In this document: positions 6,756 through 15,284 of the stretch, piece by piece
Numbering within the stretch: position 1 is the first letter of the stretch
How the letters are laid out: each line of letters starts with the position of its first letter
Source of the DNA: Candidatus Dormiibacterota bacterium
GTDB lineage: Bacteria; Chloroflexota; Dormibacteria; Aeolococcales; Aeolococcaceae
Length of the DNA stretch: 63,123 nucleotides
Direction of reading: 5' to 3'
NCBI GenBank assembly: GCA_036378495.1
Contig: DASUWI010000041.1
Span: forward strand, 1 to 63,123
The notes under the pieces: model-generated
Told to the model about the DNA's origin: nothing
The model's input: only the letters and a program-made list of their open reading frames with translations
Database searches by the model: none
Translations under genes and position numbers: made by a program

Positions 6756-8225
6756 GTGAGGCTGTACGTGAGGAGACGCACCGCGCGTCGCGTCCTCGGG
6801 CTTGCCCTCATGGCCGCGCTGACGGCACTTGGCGGCAGCGTTTTGGCCACGTCCGCCCAGAAGGTGGAGGTCGCTCCTGCTGCCGGCCCTCCGCACGTGC
6901 TCGTCGTGATGCTCGAGAACAAGGGCTACGCGGCGACGCTGGGCTCGTGCGGCTCGGGATCGCCCGATCCATACCTCTGCTCGCTGGCATCGTCGTACGC
7001 GTCGGCGGATGGCTGGTTCGGCATCCGGCATCCGTCGCTGCCCAACTACGCCGCCGTCGTGTCGGGTTCCACCCAGGGCATCACCTCGGACTGCGAGCCG
7101 TCCACCTGCGGGCGGATGCCCGCCACCGAGGTCGGCGGGCAGCTGACGGCTGCGGGGATCCCATGGGTCGGATGGATGGAGTCCATGCCGTCGGCCTGCG
7201 ACACGGGCGGCGACAGCGGCAACTACGAGGCGCATCACAACCCCTTCGCCTACTTCACCGACGTCACCCGAGCGTCGAACTGCGACTCGGTCATGCGTCC
7301 GTATCCGGGCGCGTCTGGTGCCGTGTCCGTGCTGGATGGTGCGTCCGCCCCCGACTTCGCGTGGATCACGCCCAACGCCTGCGACGACATGCACTCGTGC
7401 CCGGTCTCCACCGGCGATGGCTGGTTGAAGGCGAACGTGCAGCCCGTTCTCGGCTCTTCGTGGTTCGCCGACAACGGCACGGTGATCATCACGATGGATG
7501 AGAATGACCTGGAGTCGAACGGGTCGTGCTGCGGCGACGCGGCGGGTGGCCAGATCCCGCTGGTGGTCATCTCGTCGAGGACCAGCGGCAAGGGAACCGT
7601 CGCCATGACCGGCGACCATTTCGGCACGCTGCGCACCCTCGAGGAGGCGTACGGGCTGCGCCTGCTCGGCGCCGCGACCGGCGCGGCCGACGGCGACCTC
7701 TCGTCGTGGCTGGGCGGCAGCGCCATCCCGGCGCCGACGCCGACGCCGACGCCTTCGACAGGCACGCCGACACCGACACCAACAGCAACAGCAACAGCAA
7801 CAGCAACACCGGCGCCCGGTACAACCCCGACTCCGACACCCACGGCAACGGCGACGCCGGTCGCGGGCGCCACTGGCTACACGATGCAGCCGGCGCCGAT
7901 CGCGCCGGCGGGAAAGCTGCACGCCCGAGCTCTCGTGAGCATCGCGCTGACGGCCACCGGCGGCGCCGGCGCGGCTGTGCCCAACGCCGCGGTGTTCCTG
8001 CGGTTCGTGCCGGCTCCGGGCGGCGGATCGGCGGTCGTCGGCACCCCAGACGGGACGGTGGTGCTCGGCCCGACTGCGGTTGAGCTGTCGACGGATTCAA
8101 CCGGCACGCTCTTCATCGTGTACGAGGCACCGGCCGCGTTGCCGGGCGGCGGCACGGACACCATCACGGCCGAGGACGATCCCTCCGCGCCGGCGGTGGT
8201 GGCCACCGACAGCTACTCGTTCTGA
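6756..8225 (+). CDS. Secreted phosphoesterase-family paralog, Pro/Thr/Ala linker, C-terminal beta-rich (possibly Ig-like) domain
   Basis: The N-terminal about 300 aa are near-collinear with 4701-6545 (HVLVVMLENKGY, HPSLPNY, CDDMHSC). The C-terminus differs: TGYTMQPAPIAPAGKLHARALVSIALTATG...TDSYSF. GTG start. Confidence 0.8.
   Translation: MRLYVRRRTARRVLGLALMAALTALGGSVLATSAQKVEVAPAAGPPHVLVVMLENKGYAATLGSCGSGSPDPYLCSLASSYASADGWFGIRHPSLPNYAAVVSGSTQGITSDCEPSTCGRMPATEVGGQLTAAGIPWVGWMESMPSACDTGGDSGNYEAHHNPFAYFTDVTRASNCDSVMRPYPGASGAVSVLDGASAPDFAWITPNACDDMHSCPVSTGDGWLKANVQPVLGSSWFADNGTVIITMDENDLESNGSCCGDAAGGQIPLVVISSRTSGKGTVAMTGDHFGTLRTLEEAYGLRLLGAATGAADGDLSSWLGGSAIPAPTPTPTPSTGTPTPTPTATATATATPAPGTTPTPTPTATATPVAGATGYTMQPAPIAPAGKLHARALVSIALTATGGAGAAVPNAAVFLRFVPAPGGGSAVVGTPDGTVVLGPTAVELSTDSTGTLFIVYEAPAALPGGGTDTITAEDDPSAPAVVATDSYSF
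7781..7807 (+). repeat. Perfect hexanucleotide microsatellite (AACAGC)x4.5 inside the linker-coding region
   Basis: aacagcaacagcaacagcaacagcaac encodes (TA)n in the gene frame. It uses A-ending codons that are atypical for this G+C-rich genome. Confidence 0.85.
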
Positions 8226-8333
8226 CGCCGTCAGGCGCTCAACCGCGAGCCGGTCGCGCATCCCAGCTGCGCAGCCGCACAGCGGCGGCGCTCGTACTCA
8301 GCGAGGTCCAGGATGTGCGGGCCCGAATTCGCC

Positions 8334-9905
8334 CTACAAATCGACCGGTTCCAGCGACTCCAGCAGCCCGTGCTGCATCGCGAAGAGGGTGGCCGTGGAG
8401 CGCGTGGACGCGCCGATCTTCCCGTAGATGCGTTCGATGTGCGTGCCCGCCGTCTTCACCGTGATGCCCAGCGAGCCGGCGACCTGCCGGTTGGTCGCGC
8501 CGCGCGCGATGAGCATCAAGACCTCGACCTCGCGCTCGGTGAGACCGGCGGGGCCGCTGCGGCGTTTGCCGGGACGCTGCCCGGCGGCAGCCAGCACAGC
8601 CTCGACGGCGTCGGCGAGACGGCCGGCACGGACCTCAGCGTGGAGCGTCGCGGCTGCCGCCGTCACCGTCAGCGCGGCGCGGTACGGGCGGGGTTCGGTC
8701 ATCGCCTGGTAGGCGTCCGCGGCGGCGAGGATCCGCGCCGCAACCGGGATGACCGCTCCGGAGAGGCCTCGGTGGTAGCCGGAGCCGTCGAGTCGCTCGT
8801 TTGTCAGTGCCGCGATTGCGCCGATGCGGGCAAGGGCGGGCGGCCGGGCCAGCATGCGCTCGGTGTAGTACGCGTGCAGCCGCATGCGCTCGGACTCGGT
8901 GGGTGTGAGGGGACCGGGCTTCTCGAGGATCGTTGCCGGCACACCGTGCAGCCCCAGGTCGTGCGCCCATGCCGCTCGACGAAGGTTCCTGATCTCCGCT
9001 GCCGGCAGGTGACACATCTCGCCGGCCTTCGTGCAGAGGCCGGCAACCGCGCGCGAATGACCGGTGCGCGACCGTGAGCGCAGATCGGTGAAGTCCGCAA
9101 CTGCCTCCAGCGCCGCGTCGAGCTCATCGTCGCCGAGCCTGCTTTGCAGCCCGGGCTCGCCGTCGATGAGGCCGAACCAGTCGCTCACGCGGTCGAGATC
9201 AGCGAACACCTCGTCCGCGGCTACAGAGAACGCATCGACGACAGCTGGGTCGAACTGCGTGCCCCGCCACGAATGCGCGAGGTCGACGGCCGCATCGAGG
9301 CCATCCGCCCGGCGCACGACCTCGACGGTGTCGGCGAGATGGAACAGCCGCACCGCCGGCGTGATGACGTCGCCGGCGACGCCCGATGGGACGCCCCTCC
9401 CGTCCCAGCGCGTGAACACCTGCTGCAGCGGCTTGCACACGTCTGGACCCAGGCCGAGCCGCTCGGCGATATGCGCCGTCGTCAGGCAGTGCGTCATCAG
9501 CCCCCGCTCGACGGGTGCACCGGCTGTGGCCATCAGCGTGGTCATGACGCGGAGCCGGTGCAGCGCAGAGCCGCCGGCGCCGGCGTGTCGCAGCACGAAC
9601 CCGAGCATGCCCAGCCGCGTGCGCTTCACGCCGAAGCTGTCGCGTCGATACGCGATGTCGTCACCGAACCACGCCGCCACCTCCGGTGTATCGGCCACGC
9701 ATCCCGACCACGCGAGTGTCACGACGTAGTACAGCGAGCGGCGCTCCCGCGCATCGAGGCCCATGCGCTCGCCGACTCGGGTGGCGATCAGCCACGAGCG
9801 GAGCACGTGTTCCAGCGGCTGTCCGAGTCCCAGGTCGCTGGCCAGGGAAAACGCGGCCACCAGTTCGGCCAGCCGGACGTCGCCGTCCGGACCCTTGCCC
9901 TCCAC
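8334..9905 (-). CDS. Transcriptional regulator: degenerate HD-like domain, HD-GYP-type domain (GYH variant), LuxR-type HTH
   Basis: Second domain carries HSRAVAGL...AAWAHDLGLHGVP...ILEKPGPLTPTESERMRLH...NERLDGSGYHRGL. The C-terminus LTEREVEVLMLIARGATNRQVAGSLGITVKTAGTHIERIYGKIG is a LuxR/GerE HTH. Confidence 0.8.
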   Translation of the reverse strand: MEGKGPDGDVRLAELVAAFSLASDLGLGQPLEHVLRSWLIATRVGERMGLDARERRSLYYVVTLAWSGCVADTPEVAAWFGDDIAYRRDSFGVKRTRLGMLGFVLRHAGAGGSALHRLRVMTTLMATAGAPVERGLMTHCLTTAHIAERLGLGPDVCKPLQQVFTRWDGRGVPSGVAGDVITPAVRLFHLADTVEVVRRADGLDAAVDLAHSWRGTQFDPAVVDAFSVAADEVFADLDRVSDWFGLIDGEPGLQSRLGDDELDAALEAVADFTDLRSRSRTGHSRAVAGLCTKAGEMCHLPAAEIRNLRRAAWAHDLGLHGVPATILEKPGPLTPTESERMRLHAYYTERMLARPPALARIGAIAALTNERLDGSGYHRGLSGAVIPVAARILAAADAYQAMTEPRPYRAALTVTAAAATLHAEVRAGRLADAVEAVLAAAGQRPGKRRSGPAGLTEREVEVLMLIARGATNRQVAGSLGITVKTAGTHIERIYGKIGASTRSTATLFAMQHGLLESLEPVDL

Positions 9906-9996
9906 ACGCCTCAGTCTACGGACGCGCTGCTACTGCGGACGGGCATGCGCGAAGACCGCGGCGTCCGCCTTGAGCACGTGCGTCGATTGCGAAGCG

Positions 9997-10569
9997 TCAG
10001 CCCTTCTGCGCGTGGTAGTGGTCGGAGACCTGCTGCCAGGACGCGGCGTTGACTCCGCCCGGCAGCGGCGTGTTCCCGTCGAAGAAGTGAACCGCGCCGG
10101 TCTCGCAGTTGCGGTACTCGCCCGAGCTCACGATCGTACCCGGCGCAAATCGCACTCCGTGGCCCGCCACCTCGGGACTTGGGTGCGACGCCACGTGCGC
10201 AGCCTGGGCGTGGTAGTGGTCGGAGACCTGCTGCCACGCAGCCGAGTTGACGCTTCCGGGCAGCGGTGTCTGGCCGTCGAAGAAGCGAATCGCACCGCTC
10301 TCGACGTTGCGGTACTCGCCGGAGCTCACCACAGTGCCGGGTGCAAATCGCACGCCGTGCGTGGCCATGTCCGGGGCCGAGTGCGAGGCGGCGTGCGCCT
10401 CCTGAGCGTGGTAGTGGTCCGACACCTGCTGCCACGCAGACGCGTTGACCCCGCCGGGGAGCGGTGTCGAGCCGTCGAAGTACCGGACGGCGCCGGTTTC
10501 GACGTTGCGGTACTCGCCCGGGCTGACGACGGTGCCGGGCGCGAAGCGAATCACATGATGCTCGGTCAT
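9997..10569 (-). CDS. Tandem-repeat protein (3 x about 66 aa), His-rich linkers, possibly YjzC-like fold
   Basis: MTEH plus three units of (H)GVRFAPGTVVSxGEYRNxExGAxxxFDGxTPLPGxVNxxxWQQVSDHYHAQxAHxASHxxPxxA. The start at 10569 lies 25 nt downstream of the aminotransferase stop. The longer 344-aa ORF overlaps that gene. Confidence 0.7.
   Translation of the reverse strand: MTEHHVIRFAPGTVVSPGEYRNVETGAVRYFDGSTPLPGGVNASAWQQVSDHYHAQEAHAASHSAPDMATHGVRFAPGTVVSSGEYRNVESGAIRFFDGQTPLPGSVNSAAWQQVSDHYHAQAAHVASHPSPEVAGHGVRFAPGTIVSSGEYRNCETGAVHFFDGNTPLPGGVNAASWQQVSDHYHAQKG
10000..10557 (-). repeat. 198-bp coding tandem repeat, 2.8 copies
   Basis: The block gcgtggtagtggtcggagacctgctgcca and its flanks recur three times at 198-nt period. 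Units span 10557-10360, 10359-10162 and 10161-10000. Confidence 0.85.
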
Positions 10570-10594
10570 GCGCCTGAGTGTAGCCTGGGCCGCT

Positions 10595-11770
10595 TCAGGC
10601 GGAAAGCTGTTCGCCCGCAACCTCCGCGAGCGCGTCGACGGCGAGCTCGAGCTTGCGCAGTGGGGCGCTGAAGCACAGTCGCACGTGCGTCGGCGTCCCG
10701 AATGCGACGCCGGGGGTGAGCAGCACGCGCCGCTCGGCGAGCGCGTCGATGAACGCAAGCGTGTCCGGCCACGGACTGCGAATCCAGAGGTAGATGCCGC
10801 CCTGCGGTTCGGCAGCGTCCACACCCGTCTGACGGATTCGCCGCAGCACCAGGTCGCGGCGTTCGCGATACGGCTCCAGGTTGATCTCCCAGGAGCGGAG
10901 ATGCAGCATCGCGCGCTGCGCCGTCGCCGGTGCGTTGACGAAGCCCAGTGCACGCATGGACTGGGCCAGGCCGAGGTGCGTCTCCGATGTGGCCAGTGAG
11001 GGATGCAGCACCAGGTACCCGATGCGCTCACCGGCGATGCCGAGGTCCTTGGAGAATGAGCGCGCGAGCACGGTGTGGCGGTAGAACCCGAGTGGGTCGG
11101 CCCGCTGGTGCGGCGCGTACACCATGCGCTGGTAGACCTCGTCGACGATCAGCAGCACGGGCCGGCTGTGACGCTCGTGGTGCTTCTCGAGCAGTGCAGC
11201 AAGGGCGTCGAGCTCTTGTGCGTCGAGCACATGCCCGCTCGGGTTGCTCGGCGAGTTGAGCAGCACGGCGCCTGTCCGTGGCGTCAAGGCGGCGGCGATG
11301 GCGTCGAGGTCGAGCCGCAGGGTCGATGCGTCGACCGGAATCGGCACGAACCGCGCGCCCGCCGTCTCGCAGTACAGGCGGAACTCGGGGAAGAAGGGTG
11401 CGACGCCGAGGACGTCGTCACCGGGATCGACGAACGTACGCAGCGCCACGCTGATCGCCGCCGCTGCGCCCGACGTCATCGCGATGCAGTCAGCGGTGAT
11501 GCCCGGGAAGTCGACGTCCTCCGCCGCGCGCTCGCGCACCGTCTCGTAGCCGAGGTTGGGCATGTACCCGAAGCGGCCGGCGAAGCGGTCATCCACCGCT
11601 GCGTGGAAGGCGTCGACGACGGCGTCTCCGGCCTCGAGGGGCTGTCCGATCGACAGGTCGACCACCGCGTCGTCGCCGTGCTCGGCGCGGAGGCGGATGC
11701 CCTCCATGAACATGCGGCGGATCCAGCCACCATCCTGCAGCTGCGCCCGGGACCAGCGAGAGAGGGTCAC
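10595..11770 (-). CDS. Class I/II pyridoxal-phosphate-dependent aminotransferase (likely aromatic/tyrosine aminotransferase by context)
   Basis: 391 aa. Motifs NSPSNPSGHV, VDEVYQRMVY and SFSKDLGIAGERIGY (PLP-Lys motif). It lies directly downstream of hmgA. Confidence 0.85.
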   Translation of the reverse strand: MTLSRWSRAQLQDGGWIRRMFMEGIRLRAEHGDDAVVDLSIGQPLEAGDAVVDAFHAAVDDRFAGRFGYMPNLGYETVRERAAEDVDFPGITADCIAMTSGAAAAISVALRTFVDPGDDVLGVAPFFPEFRLYCETAGARFVPIPVDASTLRLDLDAIAAALTPRTGAVLLNSPSNPSGHVLDAQELDALAALLEKHHERHSRPVLLIVDEVYQRMVYAPHQRADPLGFYRHTVLARSFSKDLGIAGERIGYLVLHPSLATSETHLGLAQSMRALGFVNAPATAQRAMLHLRSWEINLEPYRERRDLVLRRIRQTGVDAAEPQGGIYLWIRSPWPDTLAFIDALAERRVLLTPGVAFGTPTHVRLCFSAPLRKLELAVDALAEVAGEQLSA

Positions 11771-11788
11771 GCGACTACCGGCTCGACG

Positions 11789-12970
11789 TCAGGCGATCGA
11801 CGTTGTGCCGCGCACCCCGCCGGTGTGCCAGCTGAACGGGTACTCGCGATCGAGCACGTGCCGCGCCACCTGCGTGCGGTGCAGAGGACGGAAGGTGTCG
11901 ATCATCACCGCGAGCTCGTCGGTCTCGCGCGGTCGCTCGAACGACGCTTCCAGCGCGCCCGGCTGCGGCCCATGGGGGAGGCCGCCGACGTGGTGCGTGA
12001 ACGACCCCTGCTTGATGCCGCGCCGCGCCGCGTAGTCGCCGTCGACGTAGTACAGCACCTCGTCGGAGTCCAGGTTGCTGTGGTGATACGGCAGCATCAC
12101 CGCGTCCGGGTCCCAGTCGAGCTTGCGCGGCGCGAACGAGCAGATGACGACGTTATGCGCCTGAAACGTCTGGTGGAACGGCGGCGGGACGTGGAAGCGC
12201 CCGGCCCGCGGCTCGAAGTCGTGGATGTTGAACGCCACGGGATACACCGTGCCGTCCCAGCCGACCACGTCCCAGGGATGGTGGTCGAGCGCGTACTTCG
12301 TGATGTGCCCGCCCCGCTTCAGCCAGACCTGCGCCGAACCCTGGGCGGACTCCAGCTGCTCCGGCGCTCGGAAGTCGCGCTCGCTGAACGGAGCGAACTC
12401 CGTGAGCTGCCCGTTGGCCGCGCGGTATCGGGCCGGCACGTCGACGAACCCGCTCACCTCGAGACAGAGGACGCGCGTCTGATCCAGCGCGGCGAGCTCG
12501 AGCCGGTAGACCGTCCCCCGCGGGATGACGAGATAGTCGTGCTTGCCGAACGGCAGGCTGCCGAACTGCGTGTGCAGCGTTCCGCTCCCGTTGTGAAAGA
12601 AGAGCACCTCATCGGCCGAGCCGTTGACGTAGAGCGTCTCCTGCTGCCTGGCGGGCACCGCCAGCCCGATGCGGATGTCGTCGTTGAGCAGCAGCCACTG
12701 CCGCCCGGAGATGACGTCCGCCTCGAGCACCAGCTCGAAGCCCTTGATATGCGCGTGCTCGTAGATCTGCTCATGTTCCGGCGTGATCGAGTCGGCCGGC
12801 CCCTCGCTGACATCGTGCGCGGCCTCCGGCATGTGCCGGTGATACAGCAACGACGACGGCCCGCTGAAGCCTTCCCGTCCGAACAGCTCCTCGTAGATCG
12901 GCGAGCCGTTCAGCTGAAAGCGCATATGCCGCTTCCGCGGCACTTCGCCGAGGCGTCTGTACGGTCGCAC
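11789..12970 (-). CDS. hmgA: Homogentisate 1,2-dioxygenase
   Basis: N-terminus YRRLGEVPRKRH, then EELFGREGFSGPSSLLYHRHMP, and HHSNLDSDEVLYYVDGDY, HVGGLPHGPQPG. This matches the actinobacterial-type HGD architecture. Confidence 0.9.
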   Translation of the reverse strand: MRPYRRLGEVPRKRHMRFQLNGSPIYEELFGREGFSGPSSLLYHRHMPEAAHDVSEGPADSITPEHEQIYEHAHIKGFELVLEADVISGRQWLLLNDDIRIGLAVPARQQETLYVNGSADEVLFFHNGSGTLHTQFGSLPFGKHDYLVIPRGTVYRLELAALDQTRVLCLEVSGFVDVPARYRAANGQLTEFAPFSERDFRAPEQLESAQGSAQVWLKRGGHITKYALDHHPWDVVGWDGTVYPVAFNIHDFEPRAGRFHVPPPFHQTFQAHNVVICSFAPRKLDWDPDAVMLPYHHSNLDSDEVLYYVDGDYAARRGIKQGSFTHHVGGLPHGPQPGALEASFERPRETDELAVMIDTFRPLHRTQVARHVLDREYPFSWHTGGVRGTTSIA

Positions 12971-13168
12971 CGAGCAAGCCTACTGGCTCGTGCCGCCAAC
13001 GTGTGATGGCCGAGGCGGCGGGCATGCACCCGGAGGGCTTATCGTCTCGGAGGCGAGCTGGACGACCCGCCGTGCAGTGGGCGAGCCGAGAGTCAGGCGC
13101 GGGCCGCACCGCGGCCAGACGCCGTGGTCAGCCCGCAGCGGTGCGTGCCCGTCGGCCACAAGCACTGA

Positions 13169-14281
13169 CTACAGGTTGCCGCGCGCCGCTTGTTCGCGCT
13201 CGATCGACTCGAACAGCGCCTTGAAGTTTCCCTTGCCGAAGCCCTTTGCGCCCTTTCGCTGGATGACCTCGAAGAACAGCGTGGGGCGATCACCGACGGG
13301 CCGCGTGAAGATCTGCAGCAGGTAGCCCGCCTCCTCGCGGTCGATGAGGATGCGGAGGTGGCGCAGACGATCGAGGTCCTCGTCGATGCCCTCGGCGCGC
13401 TGACCCAGCGCCGCGTAGTACGCGTCCGGCGTGTTGAGAAACTCGACGCCGCGGTCGCTCATCGCCTGCACCGTCGACACGATGTCATCGGTGTGCAGCG
13501 CGATGTGCTGCACACCGGAGCCGCGGTAGTAGTCGAGGTACTCCTGGATCTGGGACGCCTTGAGCCCGACCGCCGGCTCGTTGATGGGGAAGGTGACCTG
13601 CGTGCGCGGATCGCGCGTCACCTTGGAGCGCAGCGCGCTGTACTGCGTGGCGATGTCGTGCTCATCGAACTCCTGGAAGACGGTGAACCCGAACACCTCG
13701 GAGTAGAAGGACACCCAGTCATCCATCTTCCCGGTCTCGACGTTGCCCACTGTGTGATCGATGAAGCGCAGGCCCACGCCACCGCCGGCGCGGCTCTCCT
13801 CGCGGTAGCCGGGCCAGTGCGCGCCAGCGTACTCGTCGCGTTCCACGAACGTGTGCACCGTGTCGCCGTAGGTGGCGACGCTGGCGTGGGTGATCACGCC
13901 ATGCTCATCCTCGCTGCGCGCCGGTTCCTCGACGCCGCGCGCCCCCCGACGCGTCGCCGCCTCGTAGGCGGCGGTCGCGTCGTCGACGCGAAGCGCGATG
14001 CGCTTCACCCCGTCGCCGTGCACGTGCACGTGCTCGGCGACCTTCCCCTCGGGGCCGAGTGGCGCGGTGAGCACCAGCCTCACCTTGCCCTGCTGCAGGA
14101 CATACGACGCGCGGTCGCGGACGCCCGTCTCCGGGCCTGCGTACGCGATGACGTCGAATCCAAACGCGTTGCGATAGTGGTACGCGGCCTGGCGCGCATT
14201 GCCGACGTAGAGCTCGACATGGTCGGTGCCGCCGAGCACCGGGATGTCGACCTGCTGCGGCGTCTGCAGGGTGGCGCTCAC
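13169..14281 (-). CDS. hppD: 4-hydroxyphenylpyruvate dioxygenase
   Basis: Two VOC modules. Motifs GVQHIALHTDDI and the diagnostic C-terminus LLQIFTRPVGDRPTLFFEVIQRKGAKGFGKGNFKALFESIEREQAARGNL. The GTG start overlaps the upstream stop (GTGA). Confidence 0.95.
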   Translation of the reverse strand: MSATLQTPQQVDIPVLGGTDHVELYVGNARQAAYHYRNAFGFDVIAYAGPETGVRDRASYVLQQGKVRLVLTAPLGPEGKVAEHVHVHGDGVKRIALRVDDATAAYEAATRRGARGVEEPARSEDEHGVITHASVATYGDTVHTFVERDEYAGAHWPGYREESRAGGGVGLRFIDHTVGNVETGKMDDWVSFYSEVFGFTVFQEFDEHDIATQYSALRSKVTRDPRTQVTFPINEPAVGLKASQIQEYLDYYRGSGVQHIALHTDDIVSTVQAMSDRGVEFLNTPDAYYAALGQRAEGIDEDLDRLRHLRILIDREEAGYLLQIFTRPVGDRPTLFFEVIQRKGAKGFGKGNFKALFESIEREQAARGNL

Positions 14282-15162
14282 GCAGGCACCGGCTCGCGCT
14301 CGAGCTCCATGCGCTTCGCCTCGAGGCCGTCCCAGAAGGCCTTGACGCCGTTGAGCATCTCCTCAGCCCCCTGGAGGAACTTCTCCTGGTTGAAGCCGGG
14401 CCGCTCGAACGCGCCGCGCAGCTCGTCCATGGTGTGCGCCGCATGCTGGTCCTCGACGCGGTCGTGCCAGGTGAAGAACGCCAGCCGGAGGTCGGGGCAC
14501 TCGCGTTGCTTGTAGCCGTCGAGCCCGCGGATCAGCTGCTTCCAGAAGCCCGCCGCCGCCCAGTGCTCCACCGCGAAGGACGCGCCCTCGGCGATGTCGG
14601 GATCGTCGGATCCGTAGATGCGCGAGAGCTCGTCGCAAAAGAAGAGCGTGGAATCGCGGCCGAACTTGCGCTTGCCCAGGTCGTCGAAGTCGAGACCGAC
14701 GGCGCGGCCGACGTTGACCAGCCACTCAAAGTGACGCGCGGAGAATCGATAGACGCCGCCGTCGACCGTACCTTCGGTGGACACCAGCTCGGGGTCGCCC
14801 TCGCGGTCCTTCTCCGCATCGCTGCGGACAGCGGTCGACGTGGGCGACGTGCGTCCGCTGTTGAACACCACGCCGAGCTCATTGACCAGGATCTCGCAGG
14901 ACTCGCGCGCCTGGTCGATCGTGGGCGAGTTGATGGTCTTGAGGAGCTGGGCGACGATGAACAGGTTGCTGAAGACGGAGAACTGCTGGATGAGGTCGCG
15001 TACCTGCGCCTGCGATGCCCGCCCGGTCTCGAACCAGATGCAGTAGTCGTTGTGGGTGACGACGGGGTGCGACATCACCACCTCGCGCACCTGATCCATG
15101 AACGTGTCCCAGTCGTGGCGAGCGCCGGCGGAGCCCTCCACCTCGTGCACTGTGACTGCCAT
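14278..15162 (-). CDS. Heme-oxygenase-like / iron-containing redox enzyme family protein (HDO-like), coupled to hppD
   Basis: Start at MAVTVHEV (15162) with GGAG upstream. All-helical, with E/H-rich motifs ILVNELG, FCDELSRIYG, FAVEHWAAAGFW, FFTWHDRVEDQHAAH. The upstream part of the 387-aa ORF is Arg/Pro-rich shadow sequence. Confidence 0.6.
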   Translation of the reverse strand: MAVTVHEVEGSAGARHDWDTFMDQVREVVMSHPVVTHNDYCIWFETGRASQAQVRDLIQQFSVFSNLFIVAQLLKTINSPTIDQARESCEILVNELGVVFNSGRTSPTSTAVRSDAEKDREGDPELVSTEGTVDGGVYRFSARHFEWLVNVGRAVGLDFDDLGKRKFGRDSTLFFCDELSRIYGSDDPDIAEGASFAVEHWAAAGFWKQLIRGLDGYKQRECPDLRLAFFTWHDRVEDQHAAHTMDELRGAFERPGFNQEKFLQGAEEMLNGVKAFWDGLEAKRMELEREPVPA

Positions 15163-15284
15163 TGGGCGAACTCCTGAGGGCCGTGGAAATTGTGCCCTTA
15201 TTCTCCCCAGATCGACCGCGGCTGTCCACGTTTGCAGCGCATGTCTGGACAATATGCTCAAAGGCAGGCAGAATCGTGCGTTGA

